Source: Malacoraja senta
Taxonomy: Eukaryota
DNA length: 64,000 bases
Assembly: GCA_038087875.1 (NCBI GenBank)
Contig: CM075987.1
Span: 18,664,001-18,728,000, forward strand
Direction: 5' to 3'
Part shown: in pieces, positions 14,080 through 27,765 of the stretch
Layout: every line of letters begins with the position of its first letter
Numbering within the stretch: position 1 is the stretch's first letter
Made by a program: the position numbers and the translations under genes
Notes under the pieces: model-generated
Database searches by the model: none
Seen by the model: the letters and a program-made list of their open reading frames with translations, nothing else
Told to the model about the DNA's origin: nothing

Positions 14080-14355
14080 GGGACGGCACTGTGGCACAGC
14101 GGTAGATTTGCTGCTTTGCAGTGCCAGAGACCCAAGTTTAATTCTGACTATGGGTGCTGTCTGTACAAAGTTTGTATGTTCTCCCTATGGGTTTTCTCCG
14201 GATGGTCTGGTTTCCTCCCACACTCAAAAGACATACAGGTTTATGTTAATTGTCCTTAGTGTGTAGGATAGTGCTAGTGTATGGGGTGATCACTGGTCGT
14301 CGCGGACTCGGTGGGCTGAAGGGCCAGTATTTGTGCTGTATCTGTAAAGTCTAAA
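14080..14355 (+). mobile_element. tRNA-derived SINE (HE1/V-SINE-like)
   Basis: tRNA-like head with A/B-box remnants (GGCACTGTGGCACAGCGGTAGA...AAGTTTAATTCTGAC), central GTTTGTATGTTCTCCC core and CR1-like tail. Other copies at about 40076-40278 plus 41530-41590, 55645-55950, 56420-56640, 57346-57652, 63060-63190 (-) and 63720-63930 (-). Confidence 0.8.
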
Positions 14356-14366
14356 AAAAGTGCCCT

Positions 14367-15535
14367 GAATAAGCGAGTTCGGTATTCTGAAAAACGCAAG
14401 GAATCATGGGATTTGTCAAAGTTCATTCGTGATAAAGAAAAAGCAAACAAAGCACTGGCTGTATAAACTGTGTATAAATTGTTAAGTATTCTACCAATTA
14501 ATTAATCTAGAATTCTGTCAACTCAATAGCGGACAGGGGTCGCTCTTTTATGAACATTAATTCGATCTTATTTCTATCTCACTTCATCCGGTGGCGCTGT
14601 TGCTGGCTGCCTCCGCCTTCAGTCTGGAATCTTTTTTTATTTTTTTGTTAGATTTAAAGTATGTTCTTTAGGGGTTTTTTTTGTGTTTTATGTGGGGTGA
14701 AGTGGGTATGGTAAGGGGGAAACTGTCCTTCAGTCACTTCCTGGCGAGGATGCAACTATTATCCGAGTCGCGTTCTCGCCCCCCTCCTCGCGGCCTACCA
14801 GCTGGATTGGCGCGGCCTTTCCTGCCGGAACAGGACCACAGCTTCAGCAGCAGCAATGCAGCGCTAGATACATCGCAGAGCAGGCGATGCCTCACCTGGG
14901 ATCGCCGTTTGAGGCTCCGGAGTGTTGGGCCTGCTGCATCGGCATCGCGGAGCTGTGGTTCGCGGAGCTGTGGTTCGTGGAGCTTCCAACGCGGGCAGCG
15001 CTGACTAACATCGCGGAGTCCTGGGACCCTTTGTCGGGGGTCGCCAGCGTGAATCGGCCTGTGGACATTGGGAGCCGCGGGTGGCCGATTCAGAGGTCCA
15101 GGCAGCTGAGGATGTTCTACCTTTCGACGTCGGGGTTCCATCGTTCCCGGCGAGAGGGCCTGAACATCAGGCCGCCCTTAGCGGCAACAGCGGAGGGCTC
15201 GGGAGGCCCCGACCATGGGTGAACATTGCGCTTCTTCTCCGTGCTGGCTGTAAGCCTGGGGTTGCCACTGTTCCGGGCCGGTGTCCCGTCACCCCAGACA
15301 TTTGCGGCTGCCCCCAGACAGGGATGTGACGTGGACGGTAGTGAGATCACCCATTCGCACTTGTTCTACATTATCTAACTCCAGTAGCAATTCAACAGCA
15401 ATTGCAGTGCCGGAGCTCTGGGTTCAATCCTGACTACGGATGAAACGCAGGTCTGTATACCAGCTGCTGAGAATGTTTATCTCGAGTGACCTATGACCTG
15501 GGCATGCGCAGTTGAAATACCGAACTTGCTTATTC
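14367..15535. mobile_element. Unclassified TIR element, copy 1 (mosaic interior)
   Basis: TIRs GAATAAGCGAGTTCGGTATT / AATACCGAACTTGCTTATTC. Both subterminal regions are shared with the element at 40279-41525. Confidence 0.75.
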
Positions 15536-17671
15536 CTTGGTCATTACATTCTCCACCTTTAAGGATATGTGCACTTAAAATTTAATGTCCCTCTGTTTCT
15601 TCCAATATCCTCCCAGTTATTGTATATTCTTTGTCTTGTTGCACCTCCTGAGACACATTGGAACACATACTCTTGATTCAATTCCATTACCCAATTTTTA
15701 CCAACTGATCAAACCATCGATCTTGTCTTGACATCAAAAATAATTCCTCCTCTCGGTCAACAATACAGCCAAGTTATGGATCATTCTTTACCTACTTTAC
15801 CGTGCCCACTACATTTTTATCCATTAATTACTGTGCAAAACAAAAGTAAGGGGCCAAGTACTAAGTCTTGTGGAACCCAATGTTAACAGCTATCCAGTCA
15901 CAAAAACCATCTCAATTTGAAATCCTCTCTTGGATTGCATACACGTTCACACTTCTTGAAGATACAGATTTAGCATTCAGTGGTGGCTGTGGGGGAATGG
16001 GTGAAAAAGACTTGCAGGAGGTAAATGAGAAATAATTGTATTAATGGCCAGTAAGGCAGAACGGGTTGTGGTTGTTGATATGGTGTACGATTTCATCATA
16101 TCGTGATCATGATCTGCAGCATATTGCCGGATTTCTGGCAGTGAGCAAAGGATGTTAGCTACATGTCCCAAATTACCATTCAAAATGTTGAGTTTTCAAA
16201 AAAAAGTGAAATGTTCTAACATGTTGCTCATTTGCTTCCCACAGCTTGTATCTGTCATTGTGACAGTAATTGAGCAAAAGCAGGAGGGGAAAAAAAACAC
16301 AAGCAAAAGTTTGGTACATTCCATGCAAACAGAAATTGCAATAAGATATACTATTCATGACATGAAATCATCTGTAAGACAAAGTAAAATACATGCTGCT
16401 TTCTGTTCAGCCACTCAGCAGCTGCAGTCTAACAATCATTTCTATACTGAAAGGCAAAAAACACTCATTATATTCTTAATATTAATTTACACTATATAGG
16501 AGTTATACTGTGCACAACACATTTTTTAAATCAGTATTCAGTCCTCTTTTCACTTACTAGTCAAAGGCAATTACCAACTCTGTGTAAAACAATGAACTAC
16601 AGTTACGGATACCAACTCAAAACAAAATCACATTGCAAACAAGCGCGATGCAATCTAAATGAACACTAAAAATCAAATTTTACTTTATTTTTACAGGTTA
16701 CAAAATTATCCCACAAATTAAAAAAAAATCAGATAACACTAAAATCACACTATTTTAGAATTCACACTGAAGTACTTACCCAAGCTGGTCACCGTGTATC
16801 CTTTCACGAGAGCACACCCGAAGCACACAGAGCACATTAATGTCGCTTGCGTAGGCACAATATTGAATTTTAAAAGACATTTCAAGTGACAAGATTACAT
16901 CGCAGAGTTAAGTTTTGCTTGATAGAGATAAGACTCAGAGTTTTGGTAAGGAGTTTTAAAGCAGTAAAATAAACCCCATCACAAGCTCAAACTGATTTTG
17001 TCAATGGACAGTTCCTGCAGTCAGATCCAATACTCCACTAATGTAAGTGCCTATTCAGTTGGTCTCTTTAAAAGCTGTGCAGCTGAAGCAAATGCAATTC
17101 AGCCATTTTCATGCTGAATTTGCACCAACAGACACAAATCTGGCATGAAAAATCATAGATGACAACAGGATTAACTGTCATTTTGATCATTACTGTGCCA
17201 ATATCCTTTAGTGAAGACTGTGCTCCAATCAGACTGGCTCAGCAATGTGCAATTTACAAGGATGTCGTTTTCTCTCCCCCCACCTCCCCCAACCACATTT
17301 CTCTCACCAACTATTCAGTGGGCATGTGTCAACGAAAGTATCCTTGTTCACTTGAAACTAGCTTACAAGGGAGGATCACTAAACAACAGTGAAAGCAGAC
17401 CATTGTCTGAGCAGGAAGCAAAACAAAGCAGCTAGTAACAGAAGGACTTTGATAAGTAATGCCTCATTTTCAATTATAATGTTACAACCAGCCAGGGTGA
17501 AGATGACAAGCTCAGTCATTGCAATGATTTTGACATAACCCTTGCAAAACACCTCAATGAGGTAGGAGAAAAATGAACTAAACTACATTGGCGGCATTCA
17601 GTTACCGTTTGGCAATAAGAATCCATCTGACAATGAAAGCATCACATTTTGATCAATGTTCCAGTATTACC

Positions 17672-18740
17672 GATAGACACAAAATGCTGAAGTAACTCAG
17701 CAGGACAGGCAGCATTTCTGGATAAGAGTGGGTAACGTTTCGGGTTGAGACCGTTCTTCAGACTGAGAGTCTTTAGGGAATGTGAGTTTCCCTCTTCCAT
17801 CATAGACGAGGCCCTCACAAGGGCCTCCTCGGTAACCCACAGCTCTGCTCTTGCTCCCCCTCCCACAATCACAACAGGGAGAGAGAGTTCCACCCCATCA
17901 GCCGCCGCATACAACACATAATCCTCCAACATGTTCGCCACCTCCAACGGGATCCCACCACTAGCCACATCCCATCTCCACCCCCTTTCCGCAGAGACAT
18001 TTCCCTCCACAACTCCCTGGTTTGCACATCCCTTACCACCCAAATCACCCCCTCACCAGGTACTTTCCCCTGCAACTGCACCAGGTGATGCAACACATGT
18101 CCACATACCTCCTCCCTCGACTCCCTAAGGACCCCAACAGTCCTTTCAGGTGAGGCAGAGGTTCACTTGCACCTCCTCCAACCTCATCTACAGTATCCTC
18201 TATTCCAGGTATACCGGCGAGACCAAGCACAGGCATGGCGATTGTTTTGTTGAACACCTCCGTTCAGTCCGCCTAGACCTAGACGATCTCCCAGTTGCTA
18301 CACACTAACTCCCCCTCCCATTCTGACCTTTACGTCCTGGGCCTCCTCCACTGTCAGAGGCCTAAGGCAAATTAGATGACGGCACTTCATATTTCGCTTG
18401 GGCAGCTTACAACCCAGCGGTATGAATATTGACTTCCCCAACTTTAAGTAACCCTTGCTTGCTTTCTCTCTCTCCATTCCTCCCCCATCCTAGTTCTCTG
18501 ACTAGTTCCACTGTCCACCTGTTTACATTTTACTTTGTGTGGCTTGTTGTCATCTTCCCCTAGCTAACAATGATGTACTCTACATTTTCCTTGAACTACG
18601 TCCCCTTTGATCTCATCTTCACCCTTCCATATCTCTCGTTTTCCTCCCCTGACTCTCAGTCTGAAGAAGGGTCTCGACCCAAAACGTCACCCATTTTGTG
18701 TCTATCTTTCGTGTAAACCAGCATCGGCAGTTCCTTCGCT
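17672..18740 (+). mobile_element. Penelope-like retroelement fragment (GIY-YIG endonuclease remnant) with inverted 5' and direct 3' terminal repeats
   Basis: SNLIYSI...YTGETKHRHGDCFVEHLRSVR at about 18178-18272 (frameshifted) is a GIY-YIG motif. Inverted repeat at 17672-17770 and 3' repeat at 18650-18740. Confidence 0.85.
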
Positions 18741-20257
18741 AAAACTAAAAAACACACATTCCTCATAACAAATGTCAAAATATTTGTCTGCTGCAGGGCA
18801 TCATTGAGGTTTAACCAAACCGCCTTGTTTGTGCCAGGAAACCCGATGGTGCAGAGAGGATAAAAAAAAGTTTCCATGTTCAACCATTCTGCAAATCAAA
18901 TTCAACACACATGGTGAAACATTCAACCACAAAACCAGAATTTCCTCTAACATTCATTGCAACATCAAAAGATGCACTGTAAATCTTGCTGATTCATAAA
19001 AATGACAGTCATTCATGAAGCACAAAGACTGTTAATTATATGCCGGGTATTAAACAGACACATTTCTATTCACTCAGCACATGGTCACATTTGGATGGTA
19101 TGAGCCAAGGATGAAATCAAGCTGAATAAACCTTTAGACACAAAAAGCTGGAGTAACTCAGCGGGTTACTCCAGCATCGCTGGAGAAAAGGAATAGGTGA
19201 CATTTTGGGTCATGACCCATCTTCAGGCTCTGAATAAGGATACTGATAAATATGTCCTCCATATGCTAGGATAAATGGCCATATGACCTAATCTTCTCCG
19301 TTTAATTGAGAGAAGGAAAAGGAGAAGGAGGAAAATTAACTAGACTACCATTTTCAGAATCGGGATTAAAGCAATGTTACAGAGAGCATTGATTGTCATG
19401 TAAATTGACAACTGCTTACCAGAGAGGGAGCAATTAAATGGATATGGAGATGCTCAAGTCCCATGGGAATTTAAAAAAAAAATCTAATATTTCTAGAATA
19501 GAAATGAACAGATCAAGGAAGCCTTATCTAGTGCTACATTTCCTAAATAACTACAAATAAACATATTCCAAGACCAGCAACTGAAAGCGTACACTTAAAA
19601 CATTTCCTTAAATTACCATGAAAACAACATTTTGAAAAAACCTCAATGGTAACATCATGATTTTGTGAGGCTGTGGCTTGTGGATTTAGACAATCTGCTA
19701 AGAGAAACATCATCTCCGTTTAGACTTGTGGAGCTCCGCAAAAAATTAAAATATTTCAATGAGATCATTTCTCACTTTAAACTCGTGTATACAACTAATT
19801 TTCTTAATCTCTCATAAATGAACTTCACCATATATCAATCTGATGAACCTTCATTGGTCCTCTTGGTAGAGAGATCGGACTCGTACAATGTCCCAGGCAC
19901 AATCTTGCCAAGGCCCTATATACTTATAATATCTTCATTCTGTACTCAAATATGCTTGCAATAATGTATGGTCATTAAATGAAAGGAGAAACAGGAATCG
20001 TATTAGTTATTAAATAGTGCCAAAGCATAGAACATAGTCCTAAATAATTATTGCACTAAAGAACAGCAAACAATGAGTACAATTGAAATGTGTGTCCTTT
20101 CAAATGTTTGCCCACCTATGCACTTATTATACAGCATGTTAACATTCACATACATGTAGACCCGGGTCTCGCTGAACATCAACTCTTGTCAGTCTCTCGC
20201 CAGTGCTTCTTTGTCTTCTTGTTCTTACATTTTTCATTTGAGAGTTACCATTCAAGT

Positions 20258-23002
20258 CAGGGCTCGAAATTAGCGGTTGCCCGGGTCCCAATGGCCACCC
20301 AAAGTGCAGGCGGACAACCGAAATGCCGAGTCATTTTGCCCGGCTTGGCAATGCAGATACTGGTTTATACTGTAGACACAAAATACTGGAGTAACTCAGC
20401 GGGTCAGGCAGCATCTCTGGAGAAAAGGAACGTGACGTTTCATGTCGTCGGCGGCTGTAGTGCGGGGCAAAGATACTGGGTGACGGAGGTTCGGAGAGAA
20501 TGATGGGCCCCGCACAGCGGCAGTGGCGGCTCCACCTCCTCCTCCCGCACGCCCTGATAGCGGCCGCTGCTTGCCAACGGCGCTTTCAAAACAAACCCTC
20601 CCGCACGCCGAGAGGAGGGAGAGAGTAAGTCCTGCTTCCGCCATCTGAAGCACATGCACCACTCGGCCCCGCACCTTCCTGTTGGCTGGCGGAGGAGGGG
20701 CGGCGGTGGCGAGGATATCCCAACTGCTTCCCCCTTTAGTGGCGGCACTTGGCGGTGGACAGGGATAGCCAAGGCAGCGGGGCGATGATACCGGTGTTGT
20801 CCGAGGAGCGCTGACCTTCCTTCCTCCCCACCCTCTCTCTCTTTCTCTCTCTCTCTTGTACGCCCCCTTCCACCCCCTTATCCTGGGACCCCACCTCTCC
20901 ATCCCGCACTGATCCCCATTCCCGCCTCTATTCAGTCCTCACTGACACCCCCCCCCCTCCCATCTATTCATCCTGCACTGATCTCCCTATCCACCTCGCA
21001 TTGATTCTCCTGCCACCTCCCCATCCATCCTACACTGGTCCCCCAATTCATTTTTGAGTCCTGAAAAGCGCTATATAAATAAAATTTATTATTATTATTA
21101 TTATTATCCTGTACTGACCCCCTTTCCCATCCACCCTGCACTGCTCCCCCCATCCATCCTGTACTGACCCCCCCTTCATCCTGTACTGATCCCTCCATCC
21201 ATCCTCTACTGAACCCCCCATTCATCCTGTAGCGATCTCCTCATTCATCCTGTACTGATCCCCGCATTCATCCTGTACTGATTACCCCCCCATTCATCCT
21301 GCACTGATTCCCCATCCATCCTGCAGTGATTCCCCCCATTCATCCGGCACAGACCCTCCGATCCACACTGTACTGATCCCCCCAATTCATCCTGTACTGA
21401 TCCCCCCCCCCGATTCATCCTGCGCTGATCCTTCCCATCCATCCTGTACTGACCCCCCCCCCATTCAAGAAGAATGGGGGGGGGTCAGTCTGAAGGGTCT
21501 CGACCCGAAACGTTGGCTATTTCCTTCACTCCATAGATGCTGCCTCACCTGCTGAGTTTCTCCAACATTTGTCTACTCCCATCCATCCTGCACAGATCCC
21601 CCCGTCCATCCCGTACTGATCCCCCAATTCAACCCCACTGACATCCCCCGCGCTCTCCCCTCACAATTTGACCTACAACCAACACGCACTAATTCCCCTG
21701 CCTCAATCCATCCATTCCGCACCGATTGCCTTCTCAACCCCCCCCCCCCCCCCGCCATCTACCCGTCCCGCACTGATTCACAAACCCCCCCCTGCCCCCC
21801 CCGACGCTATTTTCCCTATTGTGCTGGAAATGTCTTCAGAGCGATTGCATATGTTTGATAACGGAATGCAATCAAATGTGTTTTAATTCCCAATGGTATT
21901 ATTTGTTTTAATCCATAAAGATGGATTGTGAACACGTGAAACATTAAAACCGCAGTGTTCGATTGCCACTGCTACCGTTGACACGTTATTACAGAATTCA
22001 TTTTAACGGCAAATCAATGCTCTTAATATGGAGTATCAGTACTGTAGTTATTTAATGAGCAACATTCACAACTATACGTTGGATTTATCCAGGTTTTACT
22101 TCTACAGTCGGTCATATACATCACAAATTTGGTCAGGAGATACTTCAGTTGAAATTTTAACGCTAATTCTGAAGTGGGAATGATGGAAACAGCGTTTATC
22201 AATAATATTTTAAAAATCTGGTGCTTACAAACTGGGTATCTTCATTGCTGTTCACAACATATACAACTAATCTGAATGTCCGGTAATGTGGCGTTTTGAC
22301 ACCTTTAAACATATTGCCAAAAGAACATTTGCTGCAGTTATGTCCTTTGGCCATCTCTTGCCAGTTAGTGTAATGTTTAACCTGTCAGAAGGATATAGTC
22401 GGTTTTAACAGCTATTAAAAAATGCCTTTAGAAATTTTCTTGCAACCTGTATATTTTGTTGTGGATAAATTATGTGGGAAGCGAGAGCGTTTCTGTACCA
22501 ATAGCAATAACGACCCATGCTATGGCCATGTCATGATAATTTTCGGTCCTTCACAGAAAACATGCTTGCATCAATCTGTAGTGTGCACGGTTAAGCATGT
22601 ATGTTACCATGGTCGAGGATTTATTGACACGGGTTGATCATACGCTGAATAATCCAACCACATATTTGTTTGGAAATGGAAAGAAATAAAGAAATTGCAT
22701 TAATTGCAATGTGTAAAAAGAGTTGAGATGCAGCAAAATTATAAGACAGTATGTCCTTGTGGTATATATCATGTCTTGATTGGTGAATATGTTTAGTTTG
22801 TGAGTTTATTTGAAGCAGAAATAATATGTGAATGCTTCATTGAGCATAATTCCGACTGGTAACTACGCACTTCGTCCACGTTGCATTATCGCACGCGTCA
22901 TGCAAGCCCTTAAATGACCACCTAAATTGTCATTTGGCAACCTAAAAAGCTGCCTAGGTTGCCCGGCATCCAACAGGGGAAAAAAGTTAAGTGAGAGCCC
23001 TG
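20258..23002. mobile_element. Non-autonomous CAGGG-ended DNA transposon (hAT-like, 5-bp TSD), copy 1
   Basis: Ends CAGGGCTC...GAGCCCTG. TSD CAAGT (20253-20257 / 23003-23007). Subterminal GGTTGCCCGG at both ends. Colinear with 35866-38032. Confidence 0.85.
20960..21465. repeat. About 21-23-bp minisatellite (CCCCCATTCATCCTGTACTGAT-like) inside the transposon
   Basis: Tandem degenerate units. A shorter array lies at about 36700-37030 in copy 2. Confidence 0.85.
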
Positions 23003-25188
23003 CAAGTACAAATCTGTTAAAGCAGCACAAATCTGTTAAAGATTTCCCTTTAAAGTATCCTTATAACTTCTAAACAATCCTATTATTTTCAAAGTGCCTG
23101 TTACTACATCGTAAATTCTAACATTCTAGCATTTTTCCTTCTCTAATTCCCAATTTTAACTTCTCTAATTCCCAATTTGCTCTCTATCCTTTCAGAAATA
23201 AAAGGATTACATTTGCTATTTTTCCAATGAAAAGTTTACTTTTAATATCGTTTTGCTTCAGGGACAAATAAACAGCATTGAAAATATATACGCACCAGAT
23301 AATCCCATTAGGTAAAACCTCTAGTTTGGGCCTGTGAATGAACGCCAAGCTCAAACACAATAGCACAACCATAGGACTTCAAATGCAAGAAAAATAAATA
23401 AGCTTAAAAAAATATTACTATTCGGGCAGCAGCCACAACAAAATGCTTTTAAGAAATAAGTACCACGATTCAGAGTCAGATTGTGTGAATGGATCCAATT
23501 TCAAGTAAGAAAAATAAAACCAATAACATTTAAAAAATAAATTTGCTCATAGAATGCAGTGACAGAACAGCCAGGCATATAACTCAAATTGAAGGAGAAA
23601 ACACAGCAAAGATTTATACAAGAAGTAAACTTTAAAGAACTGAAACCCAGAGGGCCAAACCTCTGGAGGGAAACCATGCAGAGATCTCGAAATTCAAAAA
23701 TACAGCTTTTTAAAAAAAAATGTCCAGATTAATCTCAAACTGGTTTAGATGTTTACAACGATACTGAAATTCCCGGCAGTAAGTTGCATCGTGGGTCTCA
23801 TTGAAACCCCGCAGTAGTGATTTGGTATGCTTGAGTTATTGAATTAGGCAAATTGATTTTATGGGGTTCCTGGAAAAGATTGCCATTTTCCAAAACATCT
23901 ACATTGCAGTGCAATGGGAACAGTCTTTATCTAAGCTAATCAGAAGATACAAATGCACATTTATTGAGATGCTCCTAAATGAATGCTATGCCCTACAGAT
24001 GCAGTCAGACCAAAAGATACATGTCAACATAACTTGAGTAAGTGCTTTATAGATTCAAAGAAAATCTAGAATGCACAAACATACATGAGATGCAATAAAT
24101 TAAATGCATACACTATACACACAAGGCTTTGATTACTCTTTAAAAATCAGAACTACATGAGATGCAGTGCTGCTGCAATAGAGTGGATAGACCAGTTGGC
24201 AACATGCTATCACATTTCCTTCTCAACCATCTCCCATTCTATGCCAGCATGGAAAATAATTCTCAAATCACAGAATTATTCATGAACTAGACATATTTTC
24301 TAAATTATAAACTTGGGCAAAGGTCCAAAACACCATAGCTAAAAGGAATAGAGGAGATAAATCAAAACACACTTAGGTGAAGGTAGACGTAAAATGCTGG
24401 AGTAACTTAGTGGGACAGGCAGCATCTCTGGAGAGAAGGAATGGGTGACGTTTTGGGTCGAGACCCTTCTTCAGACACACTTAGGTGACATGGAAATAGA
24501 GCTTTAAGTGTGCAGGTTATTTTAGGGAGGAAACAGAGGAGCCATAAATTATGTCCTACTGATCATGAAAATAAATTTCAGGCATTTAAAAAATTGATAA
24601 TTATTTAGAAATACAATGACTAAATCTTAATTTAGTTCCTTTAATAGAAGCTGGTAGATGGAGCAGTCCCATCTCTAGGATGTTTCAAAATTGTTTTTTA
24701 GGCATTTCGCTGACGTGTGTTGCCAGAGATAGCAATAAGTATTACAGATACTTTTTTAAAGAGGAAACAGGGCTGCGTTGGACTGAAAGTTGTCAAATGT
24801 ATCCATGCTATTCCTTCAGAATTACCACTCAACAATAAAAACATTAATCAGGAAACATCCTGCAAACCCACGCAGTTCTGACATGTGTGAATCAAAAAGG
24901 GCTATTGTATATCATGTGGCAAAAGTGAGAACAGAGCATCAAATTCAAGGCACAATTCTTTTTGCAAAATCTGGAGAAATGTAGGAACCTTGTTATTCCA
25001 GCATTCGTTTCCCAATTCATTAAATTATTTTAAATCTGGGACGTAGAGCTATTCTTACAAAATACGAATCAGAGCTACAATTGCAATGTTAAACCGAGAC
25101 TACATGTTTGTGTCCAATTTATGAAAAAAACTGCAGAGTTCCTCATTTTTGTATTGTATGTTGGATAAACCAGGACAAATAATAATAA

Positions 25189-26037
25189 CCAGACCAAGTG
25201 GAACCCGTTGGGTTCCTTTCACATGGGAAGCCTGGTCCCCAACGCAATTACCTCGCCATCCCTCCTCCTGCCCCTATCCTCCATTCACCCTCATCCCGCA
25301 GAACTCCCCCTCATCCCGCAGAATTCTCCCCCGATCTTCACCCTCCCTTTTCTCCCCTCCCCTTATTTTTGTGTGATTTTTAATGTAAATGGAACCCCCA
25401 CCCCAACAATGAAAATCACAATGTTTTTTCAAATGAAACCTCCCCCTATCCTACACACCCCACAATGAAAATCACAATTTTTTTTAAAAAGGGTTATTTT
25501 TCCGTGATTTTTTATGTAAATGGAAACCTCCCCCCCTATCCCACCCCCACAATGAAAATCGTGTTTTTCCCCAAATGAAACCTCCCCCCTATCCCACCCC
25601 CCCCAATGAAAATCGAGTTTTCTTTTAAAAAGTGAGTTTTCCCGCGATTTTCTTTGTAAAAGTTTATGTAAATAAGTTTCGCAAACCCATTATGACGTCA
25701 TTGTGAATGAAAACGGGAGAATTTGAAATAAACAGAATTTTTTTGAAAAGAGCAAATTTTTATGTAAATGAGATTCGGGATCCTATTATGACATCATACG
25801 CAGCTAACGGGCAGTGCAGATGGAAGTGATTTTTGTCAAAGTGGTTTTTGTAAAGTTTAAAATGTGAATAACTTGTAAAATATACCATCAATTTGAACAA
25901 AACTTGCCACAGTACACCACAGGACAATGGTGAGTAAGGTGGGCCAAAATTGTAGCGCTATCCTGTACCATTTTGGCATTGTTTCAGGATCACACATACT
26001 CACTTGCATACAAACAAGATGAGAGTTTTAATATATA
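25189..26037 (-). mobile_element. Non-autonomous Helitron, family A
   Basis: Minus-strand 3' end: hairpin GGAACCC-AAC-GGGTTCC, then CACTTGGT, then CTGG|T (CTRR). 5' part TATATATTAAAACTCTC. Confidence 0.75.
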
Positions 26038-27765
26038 CTAGACCAAGTGCAGACCCGTTGGGTCTGGACACTGAACGTGCGTTTGCGGGGGGGGGGGGTG
26101 CTGTGGCGTCACACTAACCACCCCCTTTCCTCCAAAGCACGGAAGCCGGCACCCACAAACACCCACACTCATCACTCCCCTTGGTATTATTTTAATTTTT
26201 AAATTTGCTTCTTTTATCCCATCTCCACCCTATCCACTGACGAATAGCCCTCACCTCTCATGTGCGTCTAGAGGGGGGGGGGCATAGAGAGAAAATTTAA
26301 AAATTTGAAGAGGGCGAGGAGGAGGGTGGAGAGGGAGGGTGGAGAGGAAGGGGGGAGAGGAAGGGGGGAGAGGAAGGTGGTGAAAGAAGAGGGGGAGAGA
26401 GGAGAGGGGTGGAGAGAGGAGGTAGAGGATGGGGAGAGAGGTGAAGGAGGGTGCTGGAGCGGGCATGCATGAGTCGATCCGCGGGCTGTGAAGAGAGAAG
26501 GGCAGAGAGAGAGAGAGAGAGAGAGGGGAGAGACAGAGAGACTTGTATACAAAAAAAAGCTGGAGAAACACAGCGGGTGCAGCAGCATCTATGGAGCGAA
26601 GGAAATAGGCAATGCTTTGGGCCGAAGCCCATCCTCAGATGGGTTTTCTACTGAAACGTTGCCTATTTCCTTTGATCCATAGATGCTGCTGCACCCGCTG
26701 AGGTTATACATTTTTGTTTTGTGTACCTTCGATTTTCCACCATCTGCAGTTCCTTCTTAAAGACAGAGAGACTGTTGACGGGCTGTTTTCCCAACGCGCG
26801 TTTGCGGGAGGGGGTGGTCTGCGGCATCACACACACTAACCACCCCCCAAACACACTCGGGGGGAGAGGAAGACGGGGTGGGGAGAGAAGAGGAGAGGGG
26901 GGGGGAGGGGAGAGGGGGAGGAGGAAAGGGGAGAGATTGGTGAGGGAGAAGAGAGCAGGGTGGGGGAGAGGGATGGGGAGCAGAGTGGGGAGTGGGAGGA
27001 GAGCGTGGAGGGCAGGAAGGGGGGAGAGTCGATGTTAGAGGTGGAGAGAGGGGATGAGGGGAAGGGGAGAGGAGTAGGGGGAAGAGAGGGAGAGAGGGAG
27101 GGGGGAGGGAGAGAGGTGGGGGAGGGAGAGGGGAAGAGTGGGGAGTGAGGGGCAGAGGGGTAGCGGGGAGGGGGATGGGGGGGAGATGGGGGTGAAGAGG
27201 GGTGGTGGAGGGGGAAGAGAGGGGGTTGGAGGGAGGGAGGGGGAGAGGAGAGAGGGGGAAGAGTGGGGAGGGAGAGTTGAAGTAGGAGGGGTAGGGACAG
27301 TCCATCTGTTCCCCATTCCCTATCACCCCCAATCCTCTTTCTCTATTCCCACACACGTGACGACACCCTTCGACACAGGCTGTGGGGTTGGGGGGGAGGG
27401 GCTGGTGCTGGGGCTGCTGCAAAGGCATATGTAAATGGCTCCATTCCGATTGGACATGTGTGAGCATCGGCATTGTGACATCACACAATGAAAACTTCAC
27501 TAACATTCTATGGCTGAGAGCTGTTTTTTTAGACATTTTGAAATGTTGGGGGGGGGGGGGGGAGAAGTATTTTATTTAAAAAAGTGTACATAAACTCGAC
27601 CAAATTTAATCAGGAGTGGCTATTCGTAAAGATAAATGAAATCTCTTAGAAATGGTAAAAAATATCGGCGTTTACGCGTGCTGTGTGGGCCTAGGGCGTA
27701 TCAAAGGGGCTTGGTGACACAAGTCAGGCAGCCGGACGGTCGGCAGCCAGAGTTTTAATATAATA
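26038..27765 (-). mobile_element. Non-autonomous Helitron, family B copy 1
   Basis: Minus-strand 3' end: CAGACCC-AAC-GGGTCTG CACTTGGT CTAG|T. Colinear with 27766-29911. Confidence 0.8.

Noticed and set aside
14080..14150. tRNA gene
   Set aside because: This is the degenerate tRNA-like head of a SINE and continues into the SINE body.
20960..21465. Regularly spaced repeats resembling a CRISPR array
   Set aside because: Degenerate tandem units without unique spacers, no cas genes, and a vertebrate context.
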